Shown: piece after piece, positions 20,445 to 31,194 of the stretch
How positions within the stretch are numbered: position 1 is the first letter of the stretch
How the letters are laid out: each line of letters opens with the position of its first letter
NCBI GenBank assembly: GCA_965218095.1
Contig: OZ244587.1
Location: 2,569,694 to 2,633,693 of the forward strand
Source of the DNA: Candidatus Poribacteria bacterium
GTDB taxonomy: Bacteria; Poribacteria; WGA-4E; PCPOR2b
Reading direction: 5' to 3'
Length of the DNA: 64,000 bases
Notes under the pieces: generated by a model
Told to the model about the DNA's origin: nothing
Databases searched by the model: none
What the model saw: the letters and a program-made list of their open reading frames with translations, nothing else
Translations under genes and position numbers: made by a program

Positions 20445-21386
20445 TCAGCACCACCGATTCTTCTCCACGACACTCCGCAACGGTTTACCCGCAACAAATC
20501 GGCGAAGGTTTTCCTTGACGACCTCGATACGACGGTTTGCCGCATACGGACCGTCCCCTGCTGTATGTGGGGTGATGATGACATTCTCCATGCCCCAGAG
20601 CGGGTGATCGGCAGGGAGAGGTTCTGTTTCAAACACATCAAGCCCAGCCCCGGCGATTTCGCCCTCCTGCAAGGCGGTTGTCAAAGCCGCAAGGTCCACG
20701 ACAACACCCCGTGATATATTGATGAGGTATGCTGTTTTTTTCATCTGTTTGAGCTGATCTGTGCGAATCAGTTTGACCGTCTCAGGGGTGTGCGGCACGC
20801 AACTGACAACAAAATCAGATTCCGCCAGGAGATCACCCAATCGATCTGCGCCCCATAACGCATCAACGAAATCAGGCTTCTCTACCTCGGCCACATTCGT
20901 TGCGATGACGCGCATCTCCGCTGCTGCGCCACGTTTTGCCACCGCCGTCCCAATCCCACCAAGCCCGATGACCCCAAGCGTCTGATCCGCGAGATGGATG
21001 ATGGGGACACTCTTTGCCCATTTTCGCTCAAGTTGCCGACGCAGGTAGATATGAAATCCACGGGCAAACATCAAAATATACCCCATTACATGGTCTGCAA
21101 TATTATCGCTGTAGATGCCTTGCATGTTGGACAGGGTCACATTGCTTTGTGCCAACGCAGGGAACATGTAGTGTTCGAGTCCCGCCATCGGCGTTTGAAT
21201 CCAACGCAGCTTCTGCGCCTGCGCTAACATCGCCGGGGTGATCCGACCGTATATGGCATCGACCTCGCCAACGACTTCAAGCGCCCGATCTTCTTCTTTG
21301 AGGTTCAGTACTTCGACTTCGCTTGAAACGGACTGGATTTCCTGTAATTCATTTTCATCGACTGCTGGATATATGAGAAATTTCAT
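20445..21386 (-). CDS. D-isomer-specific 2-hydroxyacid dehydrogenase (glyoxylate/hydroxypyruvate reductase-like)
   Basis: The NAD-binding motif is GVIGLGGIGTAVAKR and the catalytic region is RGVVVD...EPL. The probable start is MKFLIYPAV. The listed ORF extends to 21425. Confidence 0.8.
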   Translation of the reverse strand: MKFLIYPAVDENELQEIQSVSSEVEVLNLKEEDRALEVVGEVDAIYGRITPAMLAQAQKLRWIQTPMAGLEHYMFPALAQSNVTLSNMQGIYSDNIADHVMGYILMFARGFHIYLRRQLERKWAKSVPIIHLADQTLGVIGLGGIGTAVAKRGAAAEMRVIATNVAEVEKPDFVDALWGADRLGDLLAESDFVVSCVPHTPETVKLIRTDQLKQMKKTAYLINISRGVVVDLAALTTALQEGEIAGAGLDVFETEPLPADHPLWGMENVIITPHTAGDGPYAANRRIEVVKENLRRFVAGKPLRSVVEKNRWC

Positions 21387-21751
21387 TGAATGCGCTTCAC
21401 TTTGTTCAAGTTTTTTATACTGCAAATTTGTGGTAGTATAGCATCTAACTGCTGTGCTGTAAAGGGAAAGAAGAAAAATTCTTCATCACTCACAGTTGCA
21501 ACCCATGCCAACCAGTTTTTACACATCCTGGTGATTGTGTTCCCCTTTGGATTTTTTTTGCTTGATCTTCGCTTTTTCATCGCTTATAATCTTTCTGAAT
21601 GTGGGACAGTGCGCTTTCAGACAGAATTTTTCGAGGGACGACTAAATTGATTACGAAAGGGGCTGTGTTCTATCACTAAACCTTTGAGAACCCACATCGG
21701 AACTGGAAAATTCACGTCGCAAAAGTGCAGATCCTGCCCCGATTTATCAGG

Positions 21752-21782
21752 GAGTTCATGAGTTGATGAGTTCATTGAACTC
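21752..21782. promoter_or_regulatory. Perfect palindrome GAGTTCATTGAACTC preceded by a GAGTTCATGAGTTGAT repeat in a divergent promoter region
   Basis: Read directly from 21752-21782. A related tandem AGTTCAAGAGTTCAAGAGTTCATGG occurs at 25386-25409. Confidence 0.3.
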
Positions 21783-21998
21783 TTGAATCAAATCCCTGGT
21801 CATCTTCTCAATACGCCAACCAGAGCAGATTTTTCACGGATTTAGTGATAGCACACCATGCCAATTCTGACTCTGAATTTTGGGCGTGATACGAACTATA
21901 CTAGACGCCTTTTAAAACAACAAGGGATGTCGTCCTCGTTGATTGCAAACTGCAATTTCAAACTGCAAAAAATCTGAATCCTCCAACAGGTAACGCCT

Positions 21999-23234
21999 AT
22001 GGATTATCCGAAACTCCGTCCTCTTGAGATTTTCCCCGTCACAGCCGACGAGCGTCAACTTCTGTGTCTTCGGGACCCCCTTCAGTATGTCACGGAGCCT
22101 GTTCTCGTTCCGCGTGAAATTCTGCCGATTTTGCAATATTTCGACGGGCGGCACACGATCCTCGATATACAGACAGAATATGCTCGCAAGACCGGCGAAA
22201 TTTTATTCAGCGATGTTATCAAACAGATTATTGAGGAGTTGGATGCTCGCCTGATGATAGACAGTGAGAAATTCCAGGAGTACCAACGAGGATTGGAAAA
22301 GGCGTTCCGTGAACAGACGACTCGCTCCGCCGCCCATGTTGGTAGTGCTTATCCAAACAACTCTGAAGAACTCAAAGAAAAGTTGATGGGTTTCTTCCAA
22401 CCGCCAGATGGGCCCGGATCGCCTGATCCATCGGTGGAATCCGATTCGTCACTAGTAGGCGCTATTGTCCCGCATATCGATCTTCGACAGGGCGGACCGT
22501 GCTTCGCTCATGCCTACAAGGAGATTGTCGAAAAATCTAATGCGGATCTCTTTATCATTCTCGGTGTCAAACACACGGGGTATCGCGGGATGTACACAGC
22601 GACCTATAAAGATTTTGAGACACCGTTAGGGACGGTAAAGACCGATGCTGACTTTATCGATCGCCTTCAACAAAATTACGATGGCGATTTGCTCGAAGAT
22701 GAATTCTTCCATAAAAGTGAACATTCGGTCGAGTTTCAGGTTGTGTTCCTGCAAGCTCTGTTGGGAGAGGTGAAGCCGTTCCGAATCGTCCCGATTATCT
22801 GTAGTTCCTTTGATCAGCTCGTGATTGTCGGTGGCGACCCCCACGAGAAACCTTCAGTGGGTGGATTTATCAATAGCTTACAACAAGCGATTGAGGCGAG
22901 TGATTCTTCTGTTTGCATCCTCGCAAGCGTTGACCTGAGCCACGTTGGTGGGCGTTTCGGGGACCGCTTTCCACTGAACACAATCGTGCGAGATCGTATC
23001 CGCGATGAAGATCTGGAGATGCTGCGCGCGGCAGAAAATGTCAATACTCAGGCTTTTCTGGAGACGATCTGTCGCACGAAAAACCAGCGTCGTGTTGATG
23101 GCGTTTGTCCAATCTACACCCTGCTCGAAACCGTGCAGCCCACTTCAGGGCAGTTGCTGCAATATGATCAGGGTTTAGAGCCCGAAACAAATTCAGTCGT
23201 CACATTTGCAAGCATGGGGTTTTATCGGAATTAA
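21999..23234 (+). CDS. MEMO1-family protein (AmmeMemoRadiSam system protein B-like) with an N-terminal extension
   Basis: The core GAIVPHIDLRQGGPCFAHAYKEI...FIILGVKH...DLSHVG matches the Memo/UPF0103 dioxygenase-like fold. Confidence 0.6.
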   Translation: MDYPKLRPLEIFPVTADERQLLCLRDPLQYVTEPVLVPREILPILQYFDGRHTILDIQTEYARKTGEILFSDVIKQIIEELDARLMIDSEKFQEYQRGLEKAFREQTTRSAAHVGSAYPNNSEELKEKLMGFFQPPDGPGSPDPSVESDSSLVGAIVPHIDLRQGGPCFAHAYKEIVEKSNADLFIILGVKHTGYRGMYTATYKDFETPLGTVKTDADFIDRLQQNYDGDLLEDEFFHKSEHSVEFQVVFLQALLGEVKPFRIVPIICSSFDQLVIVGGDPHEKPSVGGFINSLQQAIEASDSSVCILASVDLSHVGGRFGDRFPLNTIVRDRIRDEDLEMLRAAENVNTQAFLETICRTKNQRRVDGVCPIYTLLETVQPTSGQLLQYDQGLEPETNSVVTFASMGFYRN

Positions 23235-23294
23235 GATCAGAACCTCTCGTTACTCATTACGTTTTACGCATACAATACAATTGGAGGGTTTAAC

Positions 23295-24089
23295 ATGCAT
23301 ATACTCGTAGATCTCAACGTACTAGAAAGCAAGGTTGCGGTTCATTGGTTTGAACAGAGCACCTTCGCGCTGAGAGATTCACACGGAACAATCGTGCAGA
23401 TTGATCCATACTTTCCGCATGATCGACCGGCGGAAAGGTATATCCACCCTGAACCGCCGCTGGATGAATCTCAACTCCCGACGGACTATGTGCTGTTGAC
23501 GCACAACCACGGTGATCACACCTGTCCCGAATCGATCGAACGCATCCTGAAGATTTCACCGAAGGCGAGGTTCGTTGGACCTGAAGAGAGTATCACGCAG
23601 ATCTTGGCGGACACAGACGTTGACGCAGATCATGTGACGACCATCCGTGCTGGCGAATCAGCGGAACTTGGGACGCTTACCGCGCACGCAGTCTATGCGA
23701 AGCCCCCAAACGGCGATCCCGCCGCAAGTATCGCCCCACCCGATGTGACCCACCTCGGCTATGTGGTCAAAGCGGATGGCGTGACACTCTATTTCTCTGG
23801 CGATCTCATCAACACCTTTGCCGACCACGATGAGTTGGTGAGCGCTGTTGCCGCACACAACCCAGACATTGGGTTCCTGACCAATCACCCAAGAGAGGGG
23901 GAATTCCCGTTCTTTGACGGTTGTGTAAAGACAGCGCAAGGAATTGGTCTCAAGCACGCCGTACCTTCGCACTACGCCTGCTTTGTCAAGAGGGATTATG
24001 ACCCGCATGAATGGGCGGCGCAATTCCCGGACGATGGTCCTGAACCGCTGATCATCCCCCGGAATTCACACATTATTTATCCAGGTTAG
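23295..24089 (+). CDS. MBL-fold metallo-hydrolase
   Basis: The HxHxDH motif is LLTHNHGDHTCPESI, and the ORF is 264 aa. Confidence 0.75.
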   Translation: MHILVDLNVLESKVAVHWFEQSTFALRDSHGTIVQIDPYFPHDRPAERYIHPEPPLDESQLPTDYVLLTHNHGDHTCPESIERILKISPKARFVGPEESITQILADTDVDADHVTTIRAGESAELGTLTAHAVYAKPPNGDPAASIAPPDVTHLGYVVKADGVTLYFSGDLINTFADHDELVSAVAAHNPDIGFLTNHPREGEFPFFDGCVKTAQGIGLKHAVPSHYACFVKRDYDPHEWAAQFPDDGPEPLIIPRNSHIIYPG

Positions 24090-24093
24090 AAGA

Positions 24094-24113
24094 TAGACCA
24101 CCTGAACGGTTAC
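24094..24113. repeat. Orphan copy of the IS66-type terminal repeat ATAGACCACCTGAACGGTTAC
   Basis: It is identical over 19 of 20 nt to 4182-4203 and lies immediately after the MBL stop codon. It borders a stretch of gene remnants. Confidence 0.4.
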
Positions 24114-24192
24114 ACTGTTAGTTCCTCGTTGCGATGGTCTGAATTTGGAAAATCGCAATTTATGATCTGCGTGAATATGGATTTGGTACCAC

Positions 24193-24711
24193 CTATTGAG
24201 ACAGTCTCTCTTGCGGCACAGGAATACAGAAACTTACAATCGTCTTTCCGCTAATGTGTTCCTCATCCTCCCGTGCTTGGGGTTTGCTACGGTGGTCAAA
24301 GACGACATAGTATCCTTCCTCAACCTGTTCCAAATCCAGATACCGTGCCAGTTGATGCTTCCCTGCTTGATACCGTTTTTGACTGCCCCAAATTTTAATC
24401 TTGAGGATTCGGCATCCCATACGCGCAATAAAATCACCGAAGTTAGCAAGCACGGCACGGAGATTGATTTTGTTCGCGGCCGTCACATAATCCGAAAAGT
24501 CCAAATCGCTGTCTTCAGGAAGGCACTTATCTTCCAAACCGTTCACAAGTGGCGTAAACGTTTGCACGATGACGTACTGATAGATTGGATTGGTCACCTC
24601 GCAAAACCCATCATTACCTTTTTTTAATACCCCATACGTTGCCAATTCACGGATTAGCTCATTCCGAATATTAAATCGGATGCCACTTTCTTTTAGACAG
24701 ATTCTCATCAA
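24193..24711 (-). pseudogene. C-terminal fragment of an AAA-ATPase-associated / PD-(D/E)XK-like protein
   Basis: The 172-aa ORF ends ...GKHQLARYLDLEQVEEGYYVVFDHRSKP.... It lacks any N-terminal ATPase region and is bounded by a repeat copy and another remnant. The assignment is weak. Confidence 0.3.
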
Positions 24712-24802
24712 AAGTGATTCAAATCGCGAATCTCTACGAATATTGGTCGTCAGGTGAGCCAGATGGGCGCTATCGTCATCAAGAATGTGTTAATGTACCA
24801 TT

Positions 24803-25346
24803 TCAAAATGCGCAACCGTGGCAGGCGTCGATAATCCGCATCACCCGATAGGCGCCGTGGATGCTGACCGGTGTCTGGTTACCCTCACGAATCGCGCGGA
24901 TAAATGCGGCGACGAAATCGTAGCCCCACTGGCTCGCATAGAACGGACGCTCTACGAGTTTCATGCTGATCTGCCGCATCGGCGCGGTTTGCCAGCCCGG
25001 TGCGGTGCTGGTAACGGTGAACTCGCCCTCGCTGGTCGGCTGCCATGTGGCTGCGCCAAGCGTTCCCCGGAGTCCAAAATAGGTATCATTCCTTGGACCC
25101 ACGCCGGGCAGAAGATAGCCCATGTGCAGACAGGCGTGTACGCCGCTGCTGAACTCAAGGGCAACCGTCGCTACATCCTCCAACTGATGTGTATCCCATT
25201 CACAGTACACCACAACCTCGACATCTTCCTGCGCCTTGAGAACGGTTTGAGTAAGCCGTGGTTCTTATCGGGGTACAGGCTGCCCGCGTAGATGCGTAGA
25301 CCAACCATGGCGGCTTTGAGGGGCGGTTCTTGTGTGGTCATTTGTT
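24803..25346 (-). pseudogene. Gfo/Idh/MocA-family oxidoreductase remnant (C-terminal domain only, in-frame TAA plus frameshift)
   Basis: The C-terminal-domain sequence ...VVVYCEWDTHQLEDVATVALEFSSGVHACLHMGY... is intact. Upstream it reads ..GQPVPR*EPRLTQTVLKAQED with TAA at 25265-25267. A different frame carries MTTQEPPLKAAMVGLRI. No room remains for a Rossmann domain. Confidence 0.45.
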
Positions 25347-25496
25347 GTCGTTCCTTTCAGCGGATTAGGTTGGTTAAGTGCATAAGTTCAAGAGTTCAAG
25401 AGTTCATGGGCTCATTGAATTCTCGCACTTTTGCCCGTTAATTTTCAAGATCGATGTGGGGCGCCAGTGGTTTTGGCGGTAACATAAGAATTCTCT

Positions 25497-26966
25497 TTAT
25501 CCCTGTTTTGCCAGTGTCTTTTTCGCCTCCTTATAAATCTGCGCGTAAATCTTATCACGGGGGACACAACCAGCGGCGAATTGACCGAGCGGATTCGCCT
25601 TCGCACGCATCAACGCTGTGCAGCAGCTCACGGCGACACAGACTTTTTTCTTGACCATTTGCCCTTGTTCTATCGTGTCCTGCGCATAGTTGGGATACGC
25701 CAATGCCCCGCGTCCGACGGCGACAATGCTCACACGCCCATCTCGGATATTCGCTTCGCCGGCGTTGACCAAGTATCGCTGCAACCAGCTATAGCCGGTA
25801 CCGACAATCGGCAGGTCTGGATAGGCGCGCTGGATTTCCTCTGCCAGCCGAATGTGCCGGTCAACGCCGACCAACGGGTGTTCCGGCGTCTCGTAGCCAT
25901 CAATCGGTGGGCGTTCAAACGGACGACCGATGTGTGGGTTGAAATATGGACTTCCCGTGGTGACGTTAACCAGTTTGACGCCAAGTTCTTTGAGCATGCC
26001 GACCAGCTTGATTGGTTCGGTCATGTCCGGTTGCGGCGGATTGGTTTCATCAACGCCAAAGCCGTAAGGGTAAGGCGTTGGGATGTCCCGTGGGACGCCG
26101 ACCGTTGTTTTCGGGTCTTCCATGTAAGCCACGCCGTCGTAAACGTTCAGTCGCGTGGCAAGGATTAGCTCATCCCCAATCTCCGCCCGGATCTTGCCGA
26201 TGATGTTTTGGATAAACCGGATTCGGTTTTCAAAACTGCCGCCGTACTTCCCTTCCCGTGTCTTTGCGGCTAAAAGTTCGGAAAGCAGGTAGGTATGACA
26301 TTGCTTGAGGTCAACAAAGTCAAATCCGATTTTCCACGCCAACTTTGCGGCTTCGACATAAGTATCCTCCAGACGCTCCAGATAGTCATCGCTCAAGACG
26401 GGATAATCGTCGGGAATGGGGATTTTGTTTTTCTTATCGATCAGCGTCACTTTGTCAACGATCGGGTGGCGAAACGCGATTAACGGCTTCTTGTAGCTAT
26501 ATCGCCCTGAGTGGGTCAACTGCATTCCAACGATGACCTCTTCATTTGCGCCGAATTCCTCTCGGTGAACATCCCGCGTCAAATTGAGGGTCGACTCGAT
26601 CGAGGTCGCCGTTTCATCGTTGATTATGAGTTGACGGCTGTTTGCCTTCGCCTCATCAAAGAGCGCCGTTGCCTCACCCCAGATCAACTTCGCACCGCCA
26701 CGCCCGAAGCGCTCCCAACGGCGGATGGTAAGTTCGCCCGGTTTGCCGTTGAGCGTGCCGTCACACCCCTCCATCGGGTGGATACCGAATGCGTTGCCTG
26801 CGACTTTGTGTCCAATCTGCACCGGCTCCAAGAGTTTCTCGATTTTTTCTTCGAGCCGGATGCTTAAGCCGAGTTCAGCAATCTCAGCCCGGAGCGCATT
26901 GATGTCTCGATAACGGAAATGTTTCTTTTTTAGCATCAGTCTGATTTCCTTTTTGACATTCGTCAC
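25497..26966 (-). CDS. Old Yellow Enzyme-family NADH:flavin oxidoreductase
   Basis: The 489-aa ORF has an OYE TIM-barrel signature (LKQCHTYLLSELL...TRLNVYDGV...GTGYSWLQRY) and a long N-terminal helical extension. Confidence 0.8.
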   Translation of the reverse strand: MTNVKKEIRLMLKKKHFRYRDINALRAEIAELGLSIRLEEKIEKLLEPVQIGHKVAGNAFGIHPMEGCDGTLNGKPGELTIRRWERFGRGGAKLIWGEATALFDEAKANSRQLIINDETATSIESTLNLTRDVHREEFGANEEVIVGMQLTHSGRYSYKKPLIAFRHPIVDKVTLIDKKNKIPIPDDYPVLSDDYLERLEDTYVEAAKLAWKIGFDFVDLKQCHTYLLSELLAAKTREGKYGGSFENRIRFIQNIIGKIRAEIGDELILATRLNVYDGVAYMEDPKTTVGVPRDIPTPYPYGFGVDETNPPQPDMTEPIKLVGMLKELGVKLVNVTTGSPYFNPHIGRPFERPPIDGYETPEHPLVGVDRHIRLAEEIQRAYPDLPIVGTGYSWLQRYLVNAGEANIRDGRVSIVAVGRGALAYPNYAQDTIEQGQMVKKKVCVAVSCCTALMRAKANPLGQFAAGCVPRDKIYAQIYKEAKKTLAKQG

Positions 26967-28179
26967 ATCTTCTCAAATTGTTTCACGGCCTTCATCGCTT
27001 TCAGCGTGCCAATCTGTCTCAACGCCTGAACAGCCACACGAATTTCAATATCCTCTGTCTGTTGTACTCCTGACGCGATACTGCCGGCTCCGAAGGCCAT
27101 TGTTGCGTTGGCATATCGGATTGCCATGGCATGATAGACTATTCTGTCAGCGTTTGCATTTGATTGAAATTTGGGCTTTGGGTGAGAGGCTGAGATTAGC
27201 AAGAGTTAATTTAGGTCCTCCTCCTCTTCAGCGGATTACGGAAGTCCGTCAGACTCCGCTATCGCTCAGTTTGAATAATTCGGATAACGTAACTGCCTTT
27301 CGGAAATTCCTTCGTGTAGGCAAACTCCCCATCGTAGTTGCGAACGTCCATCGCTGTGAAATCTTCGTCCGCAACTTGCACTTCCATCCCCTGCGGCATG
27401 AGATTACCAATCAGCCGCTTCACATTTGGCCCGCGCTCTCCGGGCGGAATGATGAATTCTTTGATTTCCCCTGAACGCCCTTCCTCAATCGCCGTTTGGT
27501 GGTAAAGATAGAAATCCCTGAGCAATTCCGCTCGATGCACCGCGGTTGTCATGCCTGTCACCATGGCGGCGTGAAGTGGTGACGGATACCCTCTTGGATA
27601 TGGAGTGTTGTTTCGTCACCTCGTTTAATCTGGATGCCTCTCGCCGATGCCTGCTCGAAGGTCATCCCGATTGCGCCTTGAAACGTGGGCCAGCTCTCGC
27701 CGTAACCAGGATAAAAGGAATCAAAAATCTCTGCCGTGAAGTAATCGAACCCGAGCTTGTCAAACGCTTCACCGATGGCTTTGCCGTAAATCTCCCACCA
27801 CCTGATCGTCTGCTCTGGAAGGTTCTTATTGATTGGCTTTGCGAGCGGCGCGAAAAAGTATGTGCTGTCCGGTCCCATCTCGTAGTCGATCCCCAGGAAC
27901 ATAGCCTAACACGGATTCAATGGTTGGAACGCCTTCGCGATAAACCCCGCCCGGATAAAATTCAAATCCCAAGGTCACTCTCCTCATTTTAGGGTACGGA
28001 AATATCTGATGCCTGATATAAAATCTAGGTTCTGTTGACATTTGACGGATTGAACCAATCTCCGTTCCGAGAGTCTTCGACCTGATGCACCTTGAGGCGA
28101 TTTCGGACAACTGTCTTGGTTTTTGGCGGGTTGCATGATGATTACAGCGTTTGCCGAATTCGCGACAGCGAAATGTCAA
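26963..28179 (-). pseudogene. M14 carboxypeptidase-like gene broken into four frames
   Basis: The ORFs 27826..28179, 27558..27902, 27259..27564 and 26963..27202 sit in different frames. The pieces contain SFYPGYGESWPTFQGAIGMTFEQASARG and FPKGSYVIRIIQ motifs reminiscent of M14 peptidases. Confidence 0.35.
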
Positions 28180-28186
28180 CAGAACC
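28028..28186. mobile_element. MITE (159 bp) carrying the terminal inverted repeats of the IS5/IS427-group element at 41410-42224
   Basis: GGTTCTGTTGACATTT at 28028-28043 and its reverse complement at 28171-28186 are each flanked by TA (28026-27 and 28187-88). The internal sequence is unrelated to the full IS. Confidence 0.55.
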
Positions 28187-28199
28187 TAATATCTAATTA

Positions 28200-29940
28200 T
28201 TAGGACTTACGCAAAATAAATAGACACAAGCGGTGAAAAGCAGTAGAATGAGCAGCATGGAGGTGAATATGGCCAAACCCACTCGACTCGACTACTGTCA
28301 GTATTTGCTCAGCAGCCCAATCAACTATACCTTAACCCATTTCGCTGACCATAGCAGAAGTTTCAGTCATGATATGATAAACCGTTATCTCGCCGGTGAG
28401 CGTATCCCGCCTCGCTTGGTATGGGAAAACGTCAAACCGCACATTGTGCAAACCCAACAGGGAAATGTCATCTTTGATGACACCATTTTGGACAAGCGCT
28501 ACGCCCGGAACATCGCGTTGGTGCGTCGTCAGTATAGTGGAAACGCGAAAGCAACGGTATCGGTGTGGTGACTTGTGTCTATGTCAATCCCGCCTTAGAC
28601 CGTTTCTGTACGACCCACAGGGGGATGGCAAGAGCAAATTAGATTACGTTAAGGAGATGTTAGTGCGCTTTTAAGTAACTAAATGCAATGGTGGTGCGAT
28701 TCCATCTATGATAGCTTACAATCATAAGCCTCACCTTAACTGCGTTGCCAGAAATGGCAGGGTGGGAAGCAAAGGGACATGGCGAATTCCTGAGAGGGAA
28801 AGTAGACCCTTGAGACTGGAACGTCAGGCTGAGGATGATAAGGTTAAAATGAAAATTGAACTGATGTTTGAAGCCTCGTAACCTTAGAGCAGGTTAATCT
28901 ACAAGCTAAAGCCTGTAACTAATAAAGTACAAGCATAGGGTTATGCGCTTAACATTCGCATAACCAAAGGTGATATGCTTGAAATTCATATCACTGGTAA
29001 GCCATTGCTTCGGGGCAAAGTCAGAACCTAAGTCATCTATAAATTACATTTAGTGAGATTAAAAGAGTCCCTAAGTCATCTTAAAGATGATATGGGAGAG
29101 GAAGGCAGAAAAAGCATTTTATGCAAAGCCTGCCTAGTGTCAACGTACTGAAATGTATCATAAACAGATTAAGGGAAAATGAGAGCAAATCAAGTCCCTG
29201 CTACATACTTGGCAACTCGTCCCCATGTTCTGAACGATACAAAGTAAGTATGGCTGAGATTATCTTTTAAGTGATGCAGTAAGTTAGACAGCCTAAGACT
29301 TCAAAGCATTATTAAGCATTACCAGTATAAGATAATCGGTAATTGGCAGGGCGAGCCGTGTGCGGTGAAAGTCGCACGCACGGTTTTGATGGGGGGAAAA
29401 TTCCGTAAGGAATCTACCTATCCATACTCCCTACTAGTCTATCACAAGCAACTCTCCTTATGGATTGCTGGTATGCCACCAAAGATTTGATGATACACAT
29501 TGAGCGGCTCCGAAAACATTACTATTGCCCGCTGAAATCCAATCGTCAGGTTGCTTCGAATCCCGATAAGATCGGGGGTGAAACTTTTCTGGGTCGCGTC
29601 TTCTAACAGACGCACGGATTATGTTGTGACCAACGACTTGGCTCAAAACGACACTTCGGTTGCACAACAGGCGTGTAATTAGCGCTGGAAGATTGAGCAA
29701 TTTCACCGGCAAGCCAAACAGTTGACAGGAGTTGAAGGTTGTCAATGCCGAGTGGCACGGCTTGTTCGCAACCATATTGGTTGTGCATTATTCGTTTGGA
29801 TTCGGCTCGAGCACGTGGCGTATCAGACCCAGCAAACCATTTATCAGGTCAAACACGGAGTGTTGGAGGAGTATTTACGACAACAACTCAAATCTCCTGC
29901 GATTCGCATGGAGCTTGCGTAAGTCCTAATTATATCAGAT
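28200..29940 (+). mobile_element. Degenerate IS701/IS4-like insertion sequence whose transposase gene is frameshifted and interrupted by a group II intron
   Basis: The transposase pieces are ...DDTILDKRYARNIALVRRQYSGNAKATV, GIGVVTCVYVNPALDRF and LYDPQGDGKSKLDYVKEML in three frames. After the intron come DCWYATKDLMIHIERL and RWKIEQFHRQAKQLTGVEGCQCRVARLVRNHIGCALFVW. The ends share an imperfect IR ATTAGGACTTACGC at 28205-28218 and at 29921-29937 (reverse complement). Confidence 0.5.
28663..29427 (+). ncRNA. ORF-less group II intron (~765 nt) within the IS701-like transposase gene
   Basis: The 5' GTGCG lies at 28663-28667. Domain V at 29353-29386 is GAGCCGTGTGCGGTGAAAGTCGCACGCACGGTTT, which matches the group II consensus (AGC triad, GAAA tetraloop) apart from compensatory changes. 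A domain VI-like helix follows, ending ...CCATAC. No RT ORF is present inside. Confidence 0.6.
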
Positions 29941-30287
29941 TTAACCAATCTTGTCATCAGAAAGTCAGAAATTTGCAAATGAACAAATGGACTTTAGACA
30001 CTTGACAGTGGATTTCAAACTTCTTTGAATCTCCTCAATGGATACAAATAAGGTATTCATCGTGGTGGCATCTGCTGCCGATTCTCTACCCTCATTGAAA
30101 ATTTCTGTCAGAAAGTATTCTATTGACAAATGGACAAATTTCTGCGAAACTATAGAGTAGAAATTGGGATTGAAGCCTGCATACTCAGTAATTTTCAAAA
30201 AGAAAGTAATGGTTTGTAGTCAGGTGCGCTACTACGAACAGAATGTAACAAAGTCAAGTTACTTAGATACGGAAAAGGAGAATTTCT

Positions 30288-31139
30288 ATGACATCTGACA
30301 AACTTGTATACCAAGTCGTAGAGGGCTGGGGGCACCTGCCCGAAGGATGGGAATTCAAACAGGTGGCGGGGGTTGCTGTTGATTCCCAAGATAGAATTTA
30401 CGTCTACAACCGTGGGGAACACCCCATGATCGTCTTTGACAGTGACGGCAATCTGTTGAAGACCTGGGGAGAGGGATTTTTAAAGCATGCGCACGGCATT
30501 TTCATTGACGCAGCAGATATGATCTACCTCGTTGACCGGTTTTTGCATGTGGTATTGAAGTATTCCCCAGAGGGCGAGATCCTGATGACGATAGGAACTT
30601 TAGATCAACCTTCAACGAACGGCGAGCCGTTTAATCACCCCACGGATGTTGCGCTGTCGTCATCAGACGAAATTTATGTTTCCGATGGCTACGGTAATAC
30701 ACGGGTGCACAAATTCTCCGCTCAGGGGGAACATCTCCTCTCCTGGGGCATGCCCGGCGACGGCATCGGTGAGTTTAACCTGCCTCACAGCGTCTGGGTG
30801 GATGACGACGATCGGGTTTATGTTGCCGATCGGGAAAACCATCGCATACAGATCTTCGACCCCGAAGGGACGTTTATCGATCAGTGGACGGGGTTCCGCC
30901 AACCAACTGATTTCTTCCTTGACGCAGCGGAGCATTTTTATGTTTCCGAGTTGCAGCACCGGGTCAGCATCCTGAACCTCGACGGAGAAGTTCTGACCCG
31001 TATGGGAGGCGAATCAAGTCACGCCCCCGGACAGTTTGTCGCTCCCCACGCTGTCTGGACCGATTCTAAAGATGCCCTTTACGTCGGTGAAGTGCTAGAA
31101 GGACAGCGGATACAGAAGTTCGTATTGCGTGATGCATAG
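30288..31139 (+). CDS. NHL-repeat beta-propeller protein
   Basis: An AAAAGGAGA RBS precedes the ORF. Six NHL-like blades carry repeated ...IYV.D..NHRI..F motifs. The protein is 283 aa. Confidence 0.75.
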   Translation: MTSDKLVYQVVEGWGHLPEGWEFKQVAGVAVDSQDRIYVYNRGEHPMIVFDSDGNLLKTWGEGFLKHAHGIFIDAADMIYLVDRFLHVVLKYSPEGEILMTIGTLDQPSTNGEPFNHPTDVALSSSDEIYVSDGYGNTRVHKFSAQGEHLLSWGMPGDGIGEFNLPHSVWVDDDDRVYVADRENHRIQIFDPEGTFIDQWTGFRQPTDFFLDAAEHFYVSELQHRVSILNLDGEVLTRMGGESSHAPGQFVAPHAVWTDSKDALYVGEVLEGQRIQKFVLRDA

Positions 31140-31194
31140 TACGTTTCACGTTTTAGGATTTTCCAATTTTTGAATCATCCCAAATCTCATATTA

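Noticed and set aside
25581-26168. Plus-strand ORF of 195 aa
   Set aside because: It is antisense to the OYE flavin oxidoreductase gene.
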